A stretch of DNA of 64,000 bases from Parvicella sp. (GCA_041583015.1 JBFHGR010000002.1:6181-70180); one strand, 5' to 3'. Positions 1 to 9,203 are shown, counted from the stretch's first letter. Numbers and translations: made by a program. The notes: generated by a model not told the origin, from the letters alone.

Positions 1-376
1 GTTGCACACCAAATGAAAGATTGTTTAAGCTATCACCTTGTAAATTGAGTTGATAAGCCCCAGATACATTGAATTGAAAAGTATTGAATTGACTATCGCC
101 TGCCCTATCTTGATTTATTTGTACTCCCCCAGAGTAATTTTTCTTACCAAAAATATTCCTAGCATCAGCACTCAAAGCATACGTAGTAAATGGAACTGTT
201 ACAGAAGACCATTGATTTCTATGATTACCATCAAATCTATAATCACCTTCAAATTGCCCCGTCATTGCTGGGTTTAAATTAAGCGGTGACATATCCCAAA
301 GAGAAAAGTGAATATCCTGCGAATGAACTGAAAGTCCTATCCAAAGAAAAAGCAATATCGTTGTAATTCTGGTCAC
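1..376 (-). CDS. PorP/SprF-family type IX secretion outer-membrane barrel protein (runs off the window edge)
   Basis: Not in the ORF track. Manual translation from GTG at 376 gives MTRITTILLFLWIGLSVHSQDIHFSLWDMSPLNLNPAMTGQFEGDYRFDGNHRNQWSSVTVPFTTY..., with a signal peptide and the QDIHFS...PLxLNPAxTG...RxQW motif typical of PorP/SprF. A TGA lies two codons upstream of the GTG. Confidence 0.85.
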   Translation of the reverse strand, partial: MTRITTILLFLWIGLSVHSQDIHFSLWDMSPLNLNPAMTGQFEGDYRFDGNHRNQWSSVTVPFTTYALSADARNIFGKKNYSGGVQINQDRAGDSQFNTFQFNVSGAYQLNLQGDSLNNLSFGVQ

Positions 377-488
377 ATATCAAATGTACAAAAATCAATT
401 CAGAATTAAAGTAACTTTACACTTATCATATGTCAAGAAATTGTTTAGTTGAAAAATATTTCGCTTAACAAAAGTTCCAAATCACTTA

Positions 489-1091
489 TCAAACACTAAC
501 GATTCCTGTAAACTTCATTCTAAAATGATGCGAAAAAGCCTCCAATACTTCAATATTGTTTTCTTTTAATAACACACTATTCCCCAACATTTCAAAAAAC
601 TGTTGATCATCCATGGCTAGAAGAATTGGATTTAAATCTTCTTTAAAAACACCAATATCTTTTCCTACTTCGTAGTAACTTTTAAGGTTGAGAAATACTT
701 TTTTTTCAAATTTCTGCACTTTTTTGAAGATATGAGGGTAGTTATTTTGAATTTGAAGTAATAATTTTCCGGATACATCAAAAGTTTGTACACAAAAAAA
801 CAACATAGATTTTCTATACCTCTCAACATACGGAAGTGTGATATTTTCGAGAACAGATTGATATTCTTTAATGATATCCAATTTATAATCTACAGCAGCT
901 TCTATGATCTCTTCTTTGGTGGTAAAGTGGTTGTAAATGGTAGTTTTACTCATTTTTAAGTCCGCTGCCATCTTAGACATTGAAAAGTTTTCAATACCAT
1001 TATTTTGGAAATAAACCATGAACCTAACCGTATGTTTTCTACGAATTTCCGGGTCCTTATATCTATATTTTTTGATAGGCTTTCTACCCAT
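489..1091 (-). CDS. TetR/AcrR-family transcriptional regulator
   Basis: N-terminal [31 protein letters not shown]; about 200 aa. Confidence 0.9.
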   Translation of the reverse strand: MGRKPIKKYRYKDPEIRRKHTVRFMVYFQNNGIENFSMSKMAADLKMSKTTIYNHFTTKEEIIEAAVDYKLDIIKEYQSVLENITLPYVERYRKSMLFFCVQTFDVSGKLLLQIQNNYPHIFKKVQKFEKKVFLNLKSYYEVGKDIGVFKEDLNPILLAMDDQQFFEMLGNSVLLKENNIEVLEAFSHHFRMKFTGIVSV

Positions 1092-1151
1092 TATTAACTT
1101 TTAATAGCGTATTCTTTTTTAACAATAGTTCTTCATCAAGGGTAAAAATAC

Positions 1152-1159
1152 TAATTTTG
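1152..1159 (+). promoter_or_regulatory. Bacteroidota -7 promoter element for accA
   Basis: TAATTTTG matches TAnnTTTG, 21 nt before the ATG at 1181. Confidence 0.55.
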
Positions 1160-1180
1160 CTCTTTCTAAATAGAAAAACT

Positions 1181-2140
1181 ATGGTTACTACATACTTAGA
1201 ATTTGAAAAACCAATTGAAGAAATTGTTGAACAAATTGTAAAAACTAAAGAAATTGCAGAAAAAGGCGATGTGGATATGACACAAGCTATTGAAGATTTG
1301 CAGGCAAAATTAGAAGCAACACAGAAAGAGGTATACGAGAACCTAACTCCATGGGATAGAGTTCAAGTGAGTCGACATCCAGATAGGCCTTATACTTTAG
1401 ATTATATCAATGCTATTACCAAAGGAGATTTTGTAGAATTGCATGGAGACAGAAATGTAAAGGATGACAAAGCTATGGTTGGTGGAATGGGTTCTATTGA
1501 CGGACAGACTGTAATGTTTATTGGTCAGCAGAAAGGTAGAAACACAAAACAAAGAACTTACAGAAACTTTGGAATGGCCAATCCAGAGGGATACAGAAAG
1601 GCATTGAGACTAATGAAATTGGCTGAAAAATTCAATAAACCTATCGTTTGTTTGATTGACACTCCAGGTGCTTTTCCAGGATTGGAAGCAGAGGAAAGAG
1701 GTCAAGGCGAAGCCATTGCTAGAAATCTTTTTGAAATGGTAGGATTGAAAGTTCCAGTCATTTGTATTATTATTGGAGAAGGTGCTTCAGGTGGAGCGTT
1801 GGGAATTGGTGTAGGAGATAAAGTTTTGATGTTGGAAAACACATGGTATTCTGTAATTTCACCAGAATCTTGCTCTTCAATTCTTTGGAGAAATTGGGAT
1901 AATAAAGAAAAAGCAGCTAGCGCGTTAAAATTAACAGCCAAAGACATGCTTAAAAATAAATTGATTGATGGAATCATCAAAGAACCACTTGGTGGTGCTC
2001 ACGCTGATCCAGAAGCAATGTTCAAAAAATTAAAAACAGAAATTAAGAGAAATATCACCAAATTATCTGAAATTGATCCTCAAGAAAGAATCAATAATAG
2101 AATTGAAAAATTTGGAGCTATGGGAGTTTATAGTAATTAA
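1181..2140 (+). CDS. accA: Acetyl-CoA carboxylase carboxyltransferase alpha subunit
   Basis: [25 protein letters not shown] and VISPESC motifs; start placed at ATG 1181 ([11 protein letters not shown]). Confidence 0.97.
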   Translation: MVTTYLEFEKPIEEIVEQIVKTKEIAEKGDVDMTQAIEDLQAKLEATQKEVYENLTPWDRVQVSRHPDRPYTLDYINAITKGDFVELHGDRNVKDDKAMVGGMGSIDGQTVMFIGQQKGRNTKQRTYRNFGMANPEGYRKALRLMKLAEKFNKPIVCLIDTPGAFPGLEAEERGQGEAIARNLFEMVGLKVPVICIIIGEGASGGALGIGVGDKVLMLENTWYSVISPESCSSILWRNWDNKEKAASALKLTAKDMLKNKLIDGIIKEPLGGAHADPEAMFKKLKTEIKRNITKLSEIDPQERINNRIEKFGAMGVYSN

Positions 2141-2147
2141 TAACATT

Positions 2148-2585
2148 ATGAGAAAATCTATTTTAACAATACTTGCCATCAGTAGTTTAGCATTTAGTTC
2201 ATGTACTATCTCTGATAAAAATGATACAAGTGCCAACATTGATGCCTCAATGGTGGATCCTGAGAATCCTCCTATTATGACATTTGATGATGATGTTTTT
2301 AACTTTGGTGAAATTGCTGTTGGAACAACAGTCTCTCATAGTTACAAGTTTACCAACACTGGAACAACTCCTCTTGTTATTCACGATGTGAAACCTTCAT
2401 GTGGTTGTACAGCACTTAAAAACTGGCCTAAAGGAGCTATTGCTCCTGGTGAATCAGGTGAAATTCCAATTGAGTTTACACCAACTTCAGGTGGAGAGAA
2501 AGTAACTAGAACAATTTCTGTGGTGAGTACTGCAACTCCAAGCGTTTATAAACTTACAATTACTGGAAAAGTAGTTGGTGGGTAG
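2148..2585 (+). CDS. DUF1573 Ig-like lipoprotein
   Basis: Lipobox AFSSC after MRKSILTILAISSL; FNFGEI...FTNTG..PLVI..VKPSCGCT...IAPGESGEI motif; ATG at 2148. Confidence 0.85.
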   Translation: MRKSILTILAISSLAFSSCTISDKNDTSANIDASMVDPENPPIMTFDDDVFNFGEIAVGTTVSHSYKFTNTGTTPLVIHDVKPSCGCTALKNWPKGAIAPGESGEIPIEFTPTSGGEKVTRTISVVSTATPSVYKLTITGKVVGG

Positions 2586-4097
2586 TTATTTTTTCAACAA
2601 TGGTAATCTATTCGGGTAAAAAGTAATACCTAATTTTGCTTGAGAATATTTTAGAGATTTAGTTACTACAGAACTAGATTTTGTAATATTTCCTTTTGAG
2701 AATACTGCATCATAACCTGCAAGTAAATCAAACTGTCTTGTAATTCTTACTCTCAGATTAGCACTTGTTGTCCACGACATGTAATTTCTTTTAAGCATAT
2801 CGTTGTTTTTATCCAACGTGGTCAATTGCATATCTTCCCAATAGTAAAGTCTACTATCTTTTGGTAAATCATTCATTTTGATATAAAGTCCAGTGGCACT
2901 AGTTAAGTGATTTAATTGTACCCCTCCCATAATATCTAGTGTCACATATTTTAAGTTAACTTCTGCTCCTAGTTTTAGAGGAATACTTACATATTTGTAT
3001 ACGTTTTCCTTTTTTTTCATTTCCTCACTAAACTCACTAGTATTACTAGCATAGAAACACTGCGTACAAGTATCTTCTCCGTAGGTATTCACCCACGAAA
3101 AATCATCTACATTAAAAAATTCTAGCCACAATGGATCTACAATTTCATCAAATTGGTAGGTAGCTTTCTCCTCAACAACAGACGATGCATTAAAACCAAG
3201 TGATACCTTTCCCTTAAAAGTTTTTGTGCCCACAGCATAGTTAAGATCTATACCTCCAATACTCGAAGTTTTCAAACTTTCATTCTCTTTATAAAAATCC
3301 CAATTAAATTCTTGGTGTTCCGAACTTCTCAAACTATTGTCAATATCATTGGTAGCCATTAATCCTTTGTAGATATCTACAGAAAATTCTTTTCTAATAA
3401 TACGCTTGGTCTTAAAATTATAGTTTTTCTCTTGTACAGAAACTGGATTACTCAAATAATCGGTTCCCAAATCAAATCCTTTAGGATTAACAAAATCTAT
3501 TCTCTCAGAAATTATTAAATCTTTATGTGTTACAATCTCTTCAATTGAATGGTTAGCGTTAATATTTTTAACTACACTATTTTTCGCATCATCATCTTGT
3601 TTAACAATTACGGTTTTTTCTTTGGTAAAATCCGTTTCTGTACTTGAGAACTGCTCATCACCTTTAGCTGTATTAGCAGCAATTGAATTAGAGTTAATGC
3701 TATTAGTTTTAGTAAAAGTTGAATTCTTTTTAGGAGAATTTATGGAACTACTTCCTACTTCATTAAACTTGGAATTCATTTCTACATTAGCATTATTATC
3801 AACTAACATCAACTTAACCAATTTATCATCAAAATCTCTTTGTCTTTCAGTTACATCATTTTTGACTTGAAGATCCATGAGTTTATTATTGGATACACCA
3901 GTAGAATAATATCCATAAGAAAGCACTCCAGTTGTGGCTAGAAAAAGCGCAGCAATTACCACCTTAAACTTATGGAAAGTAAGCAAGTTTTGGAAAAATA
4001 ACTTTTTTCCTAATGATTTCTTCAAACCTTGAGAAGGAGTAACATTAACCCTGTTAAGGCTATCCTTCATCATTCTATCAAATAATTCGTTGTTCAT
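2586..4097 (-). CDS. Probable outer-membrane beta-barrel anti-sigma factor
   Basis: Short N-terminal domain, one hydrophobic helix (FKVVIAALFLATTGVLSYGYY), S/N/K-rich linker and a C-terminal amphipathic beta-strand region ending AKLGITFYP; lies directly downstream of an ECF sigma gene. Confidence 0.65.
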   Translation of the reverse strand: MNNELFDRMMKDSLNRVNVTPSQGLKKSLGKKLFFQNLLTFHKFKVVIAALFLATTGVLSYGYYSTGVSNNKLMDLQVKNDVTERQRDFDDKLVKLMLVDNNANVEMNSKFNEVGSSSINSPKKNSTFTKTNSINSNSIAANTAKGDEQFSSTETDFTKEKTVIVKQDDDAKNSVVKNINANHSIEEIVTHKDLIISERIDFVNPKGFDLGTDYLSNPVSVQEKNYNFKTKRIIRKEFSVDIYKGLMATNDIDNSLRSSEHQEFNWDFYKENESLKTSSIGGIDLNYAVGTKTFKGKVSLGFNASSVVEEKATYQFDEIVDPLWLEFFNVDDFSWVNTYGEDTCTQCFYASNTSEFSEEMKKKENVYKYVSIPLKLGAEVNLKYVTLDIMGGVQLNHLTSATGLYIKMNDLPKDSRLYYWEDMQLTTLDKNNDMLKRNYMSWTTSANLRVRITRQFDLLAGYDAVFSKGNITKSSSVVTKSLKYSQAKLGITFYPNRLPLLKK

Positions 4098-4118
4098 TAA
4101 TTTTTTGGGTAACTAATT

Positions 4119-4739
4119 TTAATCTAATCCTAGTGATACTTTTAAATACTTTCTAGCTTTACTCAATTGCGATTTTGAGGTATTCTCAGAAATTTCCAAA
4201 ATTTCAGCAATTTCTTTATGAGAAAACCCTTCAAGCACATATAAATTAAACACTGATCTATAACCAGCCGGTAATTCTTGAACAGCAGAAAGTATCTGCT
4301 TTTCTTTTTCCGAACTTGCCGCCTCTGCATCCATATTTCCAGTAAAACTATCCTCATCAGCAATGTGCATCTCTGTCACATCCTCCGCGAAATAATGTTT
4401 TTTGTTTTTTCTATGAGATGACAATGCTGAATTCACAACGATGGTTTTAATCCATTGCGTTAAACTTCCCTCATGCCTACCTTCAAATTTGACAATGTTT
4501 TTGAAAATCTTTAAAAATGCTTCTTGTAAAGCATCTTCTGCTTCTGCTTGGCTTTGACAATAACGCATAGAAACATTGAGCATAGCCCCACAATATTTAT
4601 TGTAAAGTTTGTCCTGAGCTTTCCTTTTTCCCTTTTTGCAATCCTCTATTAGTTTTTCTTCAAGGATTCTTGTTTTGTTATACAATGCAAATTCAGTTTT
4701 GGAAGTATCTCTTATTCCTATTTTCGCTGTTATTGGCAA
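4119..4739 (-). CDS. ECF-type RNA polymerase sigma-70 factor
   Basis: Region 2 DALQEAFLKIF...WIKTIVVN and region 4 LPAGYRSVFNLYVLEGFSHKEIAEILEISENTSKSQLSKAR; the true start may be the TTG at 4685. Confidence 0.93.
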   Translation of the reverse strand: MPITAKIGIRDTSKTEFALYNKTRILEEKLIEDCKKGKRKAQDKLYNKYCGAMLNVSMRYCQSQAEAEDALQEAFLKIFKNIVKFEGRHEGSLTQWIKTIVVNSALSSHRKNKKHYFAEDVTEMHIADEDSFTGNMDAEAASSEKEKQILSAVQELPAGYRSVFNLYVLEGFSHKEIAEILEISENTSKSQLSKARKYLKVSLGLD

Positions 4740-4887
4740 ATAATCGTGTTTAATAGTCTAATCAATAAACTTAAAATGTTTTAAATAGTTGCCTGAACTA
4801 TTCTATTTACCTTAAAAATACAAAATTTTAATGACAGAATAAAGAATATCCGGGATTAATGTTAACTTTATCACTCCATTAAAACAA

Positions 4888-5574
4888 ATGTATATGAAAA
4901 AAGTATGGTTATTAATTCCAATTATTGGGTTATTATTAGGTTGTAATAAACTGGAAGATCTAGAAGGGAATAATGTCACTTTTAAAGAAAAATACTTTAC
5001 CATTGAGGAAGTTATATCCATGACTGTTCCTAATTCATCATTCAATTTTAGTGGTTTTTTAAACTGTACATCATTACCTTTTGGTTTATCGCAAGACTAC
5101 AACGCGTTTATCCCTACTCAAAATCCCAATCCATATGCTTATTTAGTGGATGACATTACTCCTCTAAGAGTAAAAATGGAATTAACCAATATTCCTGATT
5201 GCGATTTTGATATGCTAGAATCTGTTGAGATTTTTCTTGTAGACCTTACAGATACTTGCGGAAATGTAATTGATGATGAATCCAAGTTTGTTTTTCCTGA
5301 AGACAATGTCATTCATCTAGGTAGTTGCTCTTCAGTTATTCCTACAGGTCCTTACTTCAATGCCACAAAGATTGGTGAATTTTTGAATTTCTCTTCAGGA
5401 ATTGGCAACACTATTTACCTAGACGTAAATGCCAATGCTAAAATTGATCAATTTATACATGCTGGAAATTTTCAAACTTATGCTAAATTAGTTTTTGACA
5501 AAGCATTCACTGAAGAAGCTGCTATCATTAAGACAACCATGGAACTTAACGTTAGATTAATTAACGAAGAATAA
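4888..5574 (+). CDS. Hypothetical lipoprotein
   Basis: MKKVWLLIPIIGLLLGC lipobox; no family recognised. Confidence 0.7.
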   Translation: MYMKKVWLLIPIIGLLLGCNKLEDLEGNNVTFKEKYFTIEEVISMTVPNSSFNFSGFLNCTSLPFGLSQDYNAFIPTQNPNPYAYLVDDITPLRVKMELTNIPDCDFDMLESVEIFLVDLTDTCGNVIDDESKFVFPEDNVIHLGSCSSVIPTGPYFNATKIGEFLNFSSGIGNTIYLDVNANAKIDQFIHAGNFQTYAKLVFDKAFTEEAAIIKTTMELNVRLINEE

Positions 5575-6124
5575 TTTCTGTTGCTCCATATCCATATTTT
5601 CTATAATTGGCATCATGAAACTCCATGTTAGGATAATGATTATATAACTCCATGTGAATCTCTGATTTTAAAGTACCTTCTCCTACTCCATGTATCACAA
5701 TCATTTTCTTTGCCTTCCTATGAATAGCCGCATTTAATTCTCTCTTGAAATTAGCCATCTGAACAGATAAAATCTCTCCATTAGACATCCCTCTATGACT
5801 ATCAATCAACTCTTCAATATGCAAGTCAATCTCTACTTCATCAAGAACATATGAAACCAAACTTTTTGATTTTCTTTCAAAATCCTCTCGAATTTTCATC
5901 TTTCCTTCCGATTGGATTTTTTCTTGAACGGAGATAACATGTTCAATCCCGTCCAACTTATATGCTTTTTTATCCTTTACTAAAACTAGTTCAGAAATTA
6001 AATACTTCTCATCAAAACCATCTTCATTCTCCACTAAAGCGTATCTATCGTCCAATATTTCTGAGACAACTCCTCCTCCTGATTCATTTAAAAACGTTAC
6101 TTTATCACCTACTACTATATTCAT
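5561..6124 (-). CDS. Smr/MutS2 C-terminal-like protein (KOW-like N-terminus + SMR domain; DUF2027-type)
   Basis: N-terminal VGDKVTFLNESGGGVV; C-terminal EIDLHIEEL...IHGVGEGTLK...YGYGATEI. Confidence 0.85.
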   Translation of the reverse strand: MNIVVGDKVTFLNESGGGVVSEILDDRYALVENEDGFDEKYLISELVLVKDKKAYKLDGIEHVISVQEKIQSEGKMKIREDFERKSKSLVSYVLDEVEIDLHIEELIDSHRGMSNGEILSVQMANFKRELNAAIHRKAKKMIVIHGVGEGTLKSEIHMELYNHYPNMEFHDANYRKYGYGATEIILR

Positions 6125-6269
6125 TATCCTTAGATTTTGATTTACACAAATTTAATACTTTGGACCGAAAATTGATTGTAAAAGATAAATTGAATTTACA
6201 ATTTTTAACAACGAGTACATGGATTATCTTGAGATTCACTGTATATTTATAAATTCTAAAAAATAGCGA

Positions 6270-8351
6270 ATGAAAAGCATCTTAAAATATACAATCTTTG
6301 CAGGAGTAATATTTAGTTATTCCAATGTAGCGATTGCACAAGGAATTAGCAATGAAGAAAAATTGCAAACAACAATAAAAGTACCTCAACTCATTGGAAA
6401 TTTGGAACTAATGTACGTTGAACAGGTAGACAAACAAAAATTAGAATCAGACATAATAAAAGGAATGCATAATGGTTTGAATCCTTATTCCGTATATCAG
6501 GACACAAAAACTGTTTCCAAACTCTACCCTTCTCATGTTGATCAATATCAATCATTAGGAATAACTTTTAAATTTTCGGGAGATTCTTTAGAGATTATGG
6601 AATTAATCCCTGGAGGTGGTGCAGAAAAAGCGGGTTTATTAGCAGGTGATAAAATCTATGAACTCGATGGAAAACCATTCAAAGACGAGTATTATTATTG
6701 CGAAATTGCCGACAGATTGATTGGTGAACCCAATAGCGAAGTGGAGGTGTCTTACGCTAGGAACGGAGAGCTTAAAACTACTACAATTACCAGAAGTAAA
6801 ATAGAAAATAAATCGGTCGTTATTCTTGGTGACGACAATAGAAAAGGCTCGATAAATGAGTACACCAAAGCACTGCCATATTTTGATGCTATGTATCCAG
6901 ATAGTTTAACCAATGGTATCATCACTGAATACGGAATTCGATACATGTTATCTCAACTTGACCCACACTCTAGTTATATTTCACTTGAAGATTTACACGA
7001 TATGGAGGCGCCATTACAAGGATCTTTTTCAGGTGTAGGTGTGAGATTTCAAATAGATAAAGACACAATTGTTATTGCTGAAGCGATTCCAGGAGGACCT
7101 TCAGAAAAAGTAGGCATCATGGCAGGTGATAAAATTGTTTACATCGATGATGAAAAGGTTGCTGGTATTGGCATGAAAAATAGTGGAGTTAGAAGTAGAT
7201 TACTTGGTGAAAAAGGTACAAAAGTAAAAGTTCAAGTTGTTAGAAGAGGATCAGAAAATTTATTGGGCTTTACTATAGTTAGGGACAAAATTCCAATCCA
7301 TAGTTTAGATTCATACTACATGGCTGCTCCAAAAGTTGGTTACATCAAGCTAAATAATTTCTCTGCTACTACTGTGGACGAAGCAAGAACTGCTATCAAC
7401 AGTCTTAAACGAGATGGCATGGAAGATTTAATAATCGATCTGCAAGGAAATGGAGGAGGTTATTTAATGACAGCTGTTAATCTATGTGACGAACTACTAT
7501 CTGATGATAAATTGGTTGTATATACAGAAGGAAGATCATATCCTAAAAAAATGTATGGAACAAGAAGACCTGGCTTAATGGAAAAAGGGAGAATTGTAAT
7601 TCTAGTAGACGAAAGTAGCGCATCTGCCTCTGAAATTGTTTCTGGAGCAATTCAAGATTGGGACAGAGGTTTAATCATAGGACGAAGAACATTCTCTAAA
7701 GGATTGGTTCAAAAACCTGTGTCTTTACCTGATGGGACTACTGTAAGAATCACCACTTCAAGATATTATACACCTAGTGGAAGATGCATTCAAAAACCAT
7801 ATGACAATGGTGCTGCAGAATATAGAAGAGAAAAATACGATAGATACTCTAGTGGAGAAGCTTTTCATAAAGACAGTATTAAAATAAATGAATCTGATAT
7901 TCATTATACGTTAGTGAAAAACAGAAAAGTCTACGGAGGTGAAGGAATTATTCCTGATGTTTTTGTTCCACTTGACACAACAGGTTCAAGTTCTTATTTT
8001 TCTCAATTAATTAGAAGTGGTGTCTTCAATAGATTTGCATTGAATTATGTAAATGACAACAGAGAGCAACTTCAGAAGAAGTACACCACATTCGAACAAT
8101 ATAAAAAGAATTTCAAGCCAGAAAAAATTGTTCAAGAATTAATTGACATGGGAGAAGCGGAAGAAGTACCATTTGATAAAGAAAATTATGAAAAGGCAAA
8201 AGAAACCATCTTAATCCGCTTGAAAGCTAATATTGCTCAAAACTTATACGAACAATCAAAATTCTACGAAATAATCAATGAATTAAACGATGAATTGCAA
8301 GTTGCTATAAAAGTATTGGAAGAAGGAAAAGAATTTGACGTTTTAAAATAA
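6270..8351 (+). CDS. S41A carboxy-terminal processing protease with two PDZ modules
   Basis: Signal peptide, LDPHSSY, IDLQGNGGG, catalytic SASASE and FSKGLVQ motifs; two PDZ repeats (IPGGGAEKAGLLAGDKI and IPGGPSEKVGIMAGDKI). Confidence 0.92.
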   Translation: MKSILKYTIFAGVIFSYSNVAIAQGISNEEKLQTTIKVPQLIGNLELMYVEQVDKQKLESDIIKGMHNGLNPYSVYQDTKTVSKLYPSHVDQYQSLGITFKFSGDSLEIMELIPGGGAEKAGLLAGDKIYELDGKPFKDEYYYCEIADRLIGEPNSEVEVSYARNGELKTTTITRSKIENKSVVILGDDNRKGSINEYTKALPYFDAMYPDSLTNGIITEYGIRYMLSQLDPHSSYISLEDLHDMEAPLQGSFSGVGVRFQIDKDTIVIAEAIPGGPSEKVGIMAGDKIVYIDDEKVAGIGMKNSGVRSRLLGEKGTKVKVQVVRRGSENLLGFTIVRDKIPIHSLDSYYMAAPKVGYIKLNNFSATTVDEARTAINSLKRDGMEDLIIDLQGNGGGYLMTAVNLCDELLSDDKLVVYTEGRSYPKKMYGTRRPGLMEKGRIVILVDESSASASEIVSGAIQDWDRGLIIGRRTFSKGLVQKPVSLPDGTTVRITTSRYYTPSGRCIQKPYDNGAAEYRREKYDRYSSGEAFHKDSIKINESDIHYTLVKNRKVYGGEGIIPDVFVPLDTTGSSSYFSQLIRSGVFNRFALNYVNDNREQLQKKYTTFEQYKKNFKPEKIVQELIDMGEAEEVPFDKENYEKAKETILIRLKANIAQNLYEQSKFYEIINELNDELQVAIKVLEEGKEFDVLK

Positions 8352-8383
8352 TGGCTTAAAACTCAGTGATATTAGGCAATTGT

Positions 8384-8421
8384 AAAATGGCTTTCAAATT
8401 AGTTTGAAAGTCATTTTTTTT
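8384..8421 (+). terminator. Intrinsic terminator after the S41 protease gene
   Basis: AAAATGGCTTTCAAA-TTAG-TTTGAAAGTCATTTT hairpin followed by a T run. Confidence 0.8.
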
Positions 8422-8434
8422 CGCATTAAATTTG
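8403..8434 (+). promoter_or_regulatory. Canonical Bacteroidota sigma-A promoter (-33/-7) with no downstream ORF
   Basis: TTTG (8403-8406), 20-nt spacer, TAAATTTG (8427-8434). Confidence 0.7.
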
Positions 8435-8439
8435 CAAAA

Positions 8440-8530
8440 TCAAATTACTAGACAAACGTTTTGTTTTGTTTTTAATATTAGGTAATTAACATATGTCATA
8501 AAAGTCTCGAATTATTCGGGACTTTTTTTT
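8440..8530 (+). ncRNA. Candidate small RNA (about 90 nt)
   Basis: Bounded by a consensus promoter and the terminator AAAAGTCTCGAAT-T-ATTCGGGACTTTTTTTT (8500-8530); the only ATG reads Met-Ser-stop. Confidence 0.45.
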
Positions 8531-8560
8531 GTTAATTCAAAAATAAAGAAGATATTTGCG

Positions 8561-8633
8561 CTCCCAAAAGAGAAATGAAGGTCATTTCTACTTATTTAAC
8601 TGGGTTTAGGACCCTTTTAAAACAAATAAAATT
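8561..8633 (+). promoter_or_regulatory. Structured rpsP 5' leader (possible S16 r-protein leader)
   Basis: Hairpins AGAAATGA-AGG-TCATTTCT (8571-8589) and GGGT-TTAGG-ACCC (8602-8614) after a near-consensus promoter TTTG-N19-GATATTTG (8528-8558). Confidence 0.4.
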
Positions 8634-9146
8634 ATGGCAACTAAAGTAAGATTGCAAAGACACGGTAAAAAAGGAAAACCATTTTACCACATTGTAGCGG
8701 CTGACGCTAGATCAAAAAGAGATGGTAAATTCATCGAAAAATTAGGAACGTACAATCCATGTACAAACCCTGCAACTATTGACCTTAACTTAGACAGAGC
8801 TTTTTACTGGATTTCTGTTGGTGCTCAACCAACCGATACAGCAAGAGCAATTCTTTCATATAAAGGTGTAATGTACAAACAACACTTAGCAAAAGGTGTT
8901 AAAAAAGGTGCATTCACTCAAGAAGAAGCTGACAAAAAATTCGCTACTTGGTTAGAAGAAAAACAAGGTAGAATTGATGCTAAAGTTGCTGGACTTGATA
9001 AGTCTGCTGAAGAAAAAGCAAAAGCACAATTTGCAGCTGAGAAAAAACAAAACGAGGAAAGAGCAGCAGCAATTGCAGCAGCAAACACTCCTCCAGCGGA
9101 AGAAGCTCCTGCTTCTGAAGATGCTCCTGCAAAAGAAGAAGAATAA
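8634..9146 (+). CDS. rpsP: 30S ribosomal protein S16 with Bacteroidota C-terminal extension
   Basis: MATKVRLQRHGKKGKPFYHIVAADARSKRDGKFIEKLGTYNP; WISVGAQPTDTA. Confidence 0.98.
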   Translation: MATKVRLQRHGKKGKPFYHIVAADARSKRDGKFIEKLGTYNPCTNPATIDLNLDRAFYWISVGAQPTDTARAILSYKGVMYKQHLAKGVKKGAFTQEEADKKFATWLEEKQGRIDAKVAGLDKSAEEKAKAQFAAEKKQNEERAAAIAAANTPPAEEAPASEDAPAKEEE

Positions 9147-9167
9147 TTCTAGTTTTACTAGTTATAC

Positions 9168-9203
9168 AAAAAGGCAATCCAATTGGATTGCCTTTTTTTT
9201 TTT
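9168..9203. terminator. Bidirectional intrinsic terminator between rpsP and the oxidoreductase gene
   Basis: AAAAAGGCAATCC-AATT-GGATTGCCTTTTT perfect hairpin with a long T run. Confidence 0.9.

Noticed and set aside
50-277. 75-aa + strand ORF in the track
   Set aside because: Antisense shadow of the PorP/SprF-family CDS on the minus strand, which has clear family motifs.
9000-9146. Ala/Glu/Pro-rich low-complexity tail of S16
   Set aside because: Long acidic tails are usual for Bacteroidota S16; not novel.
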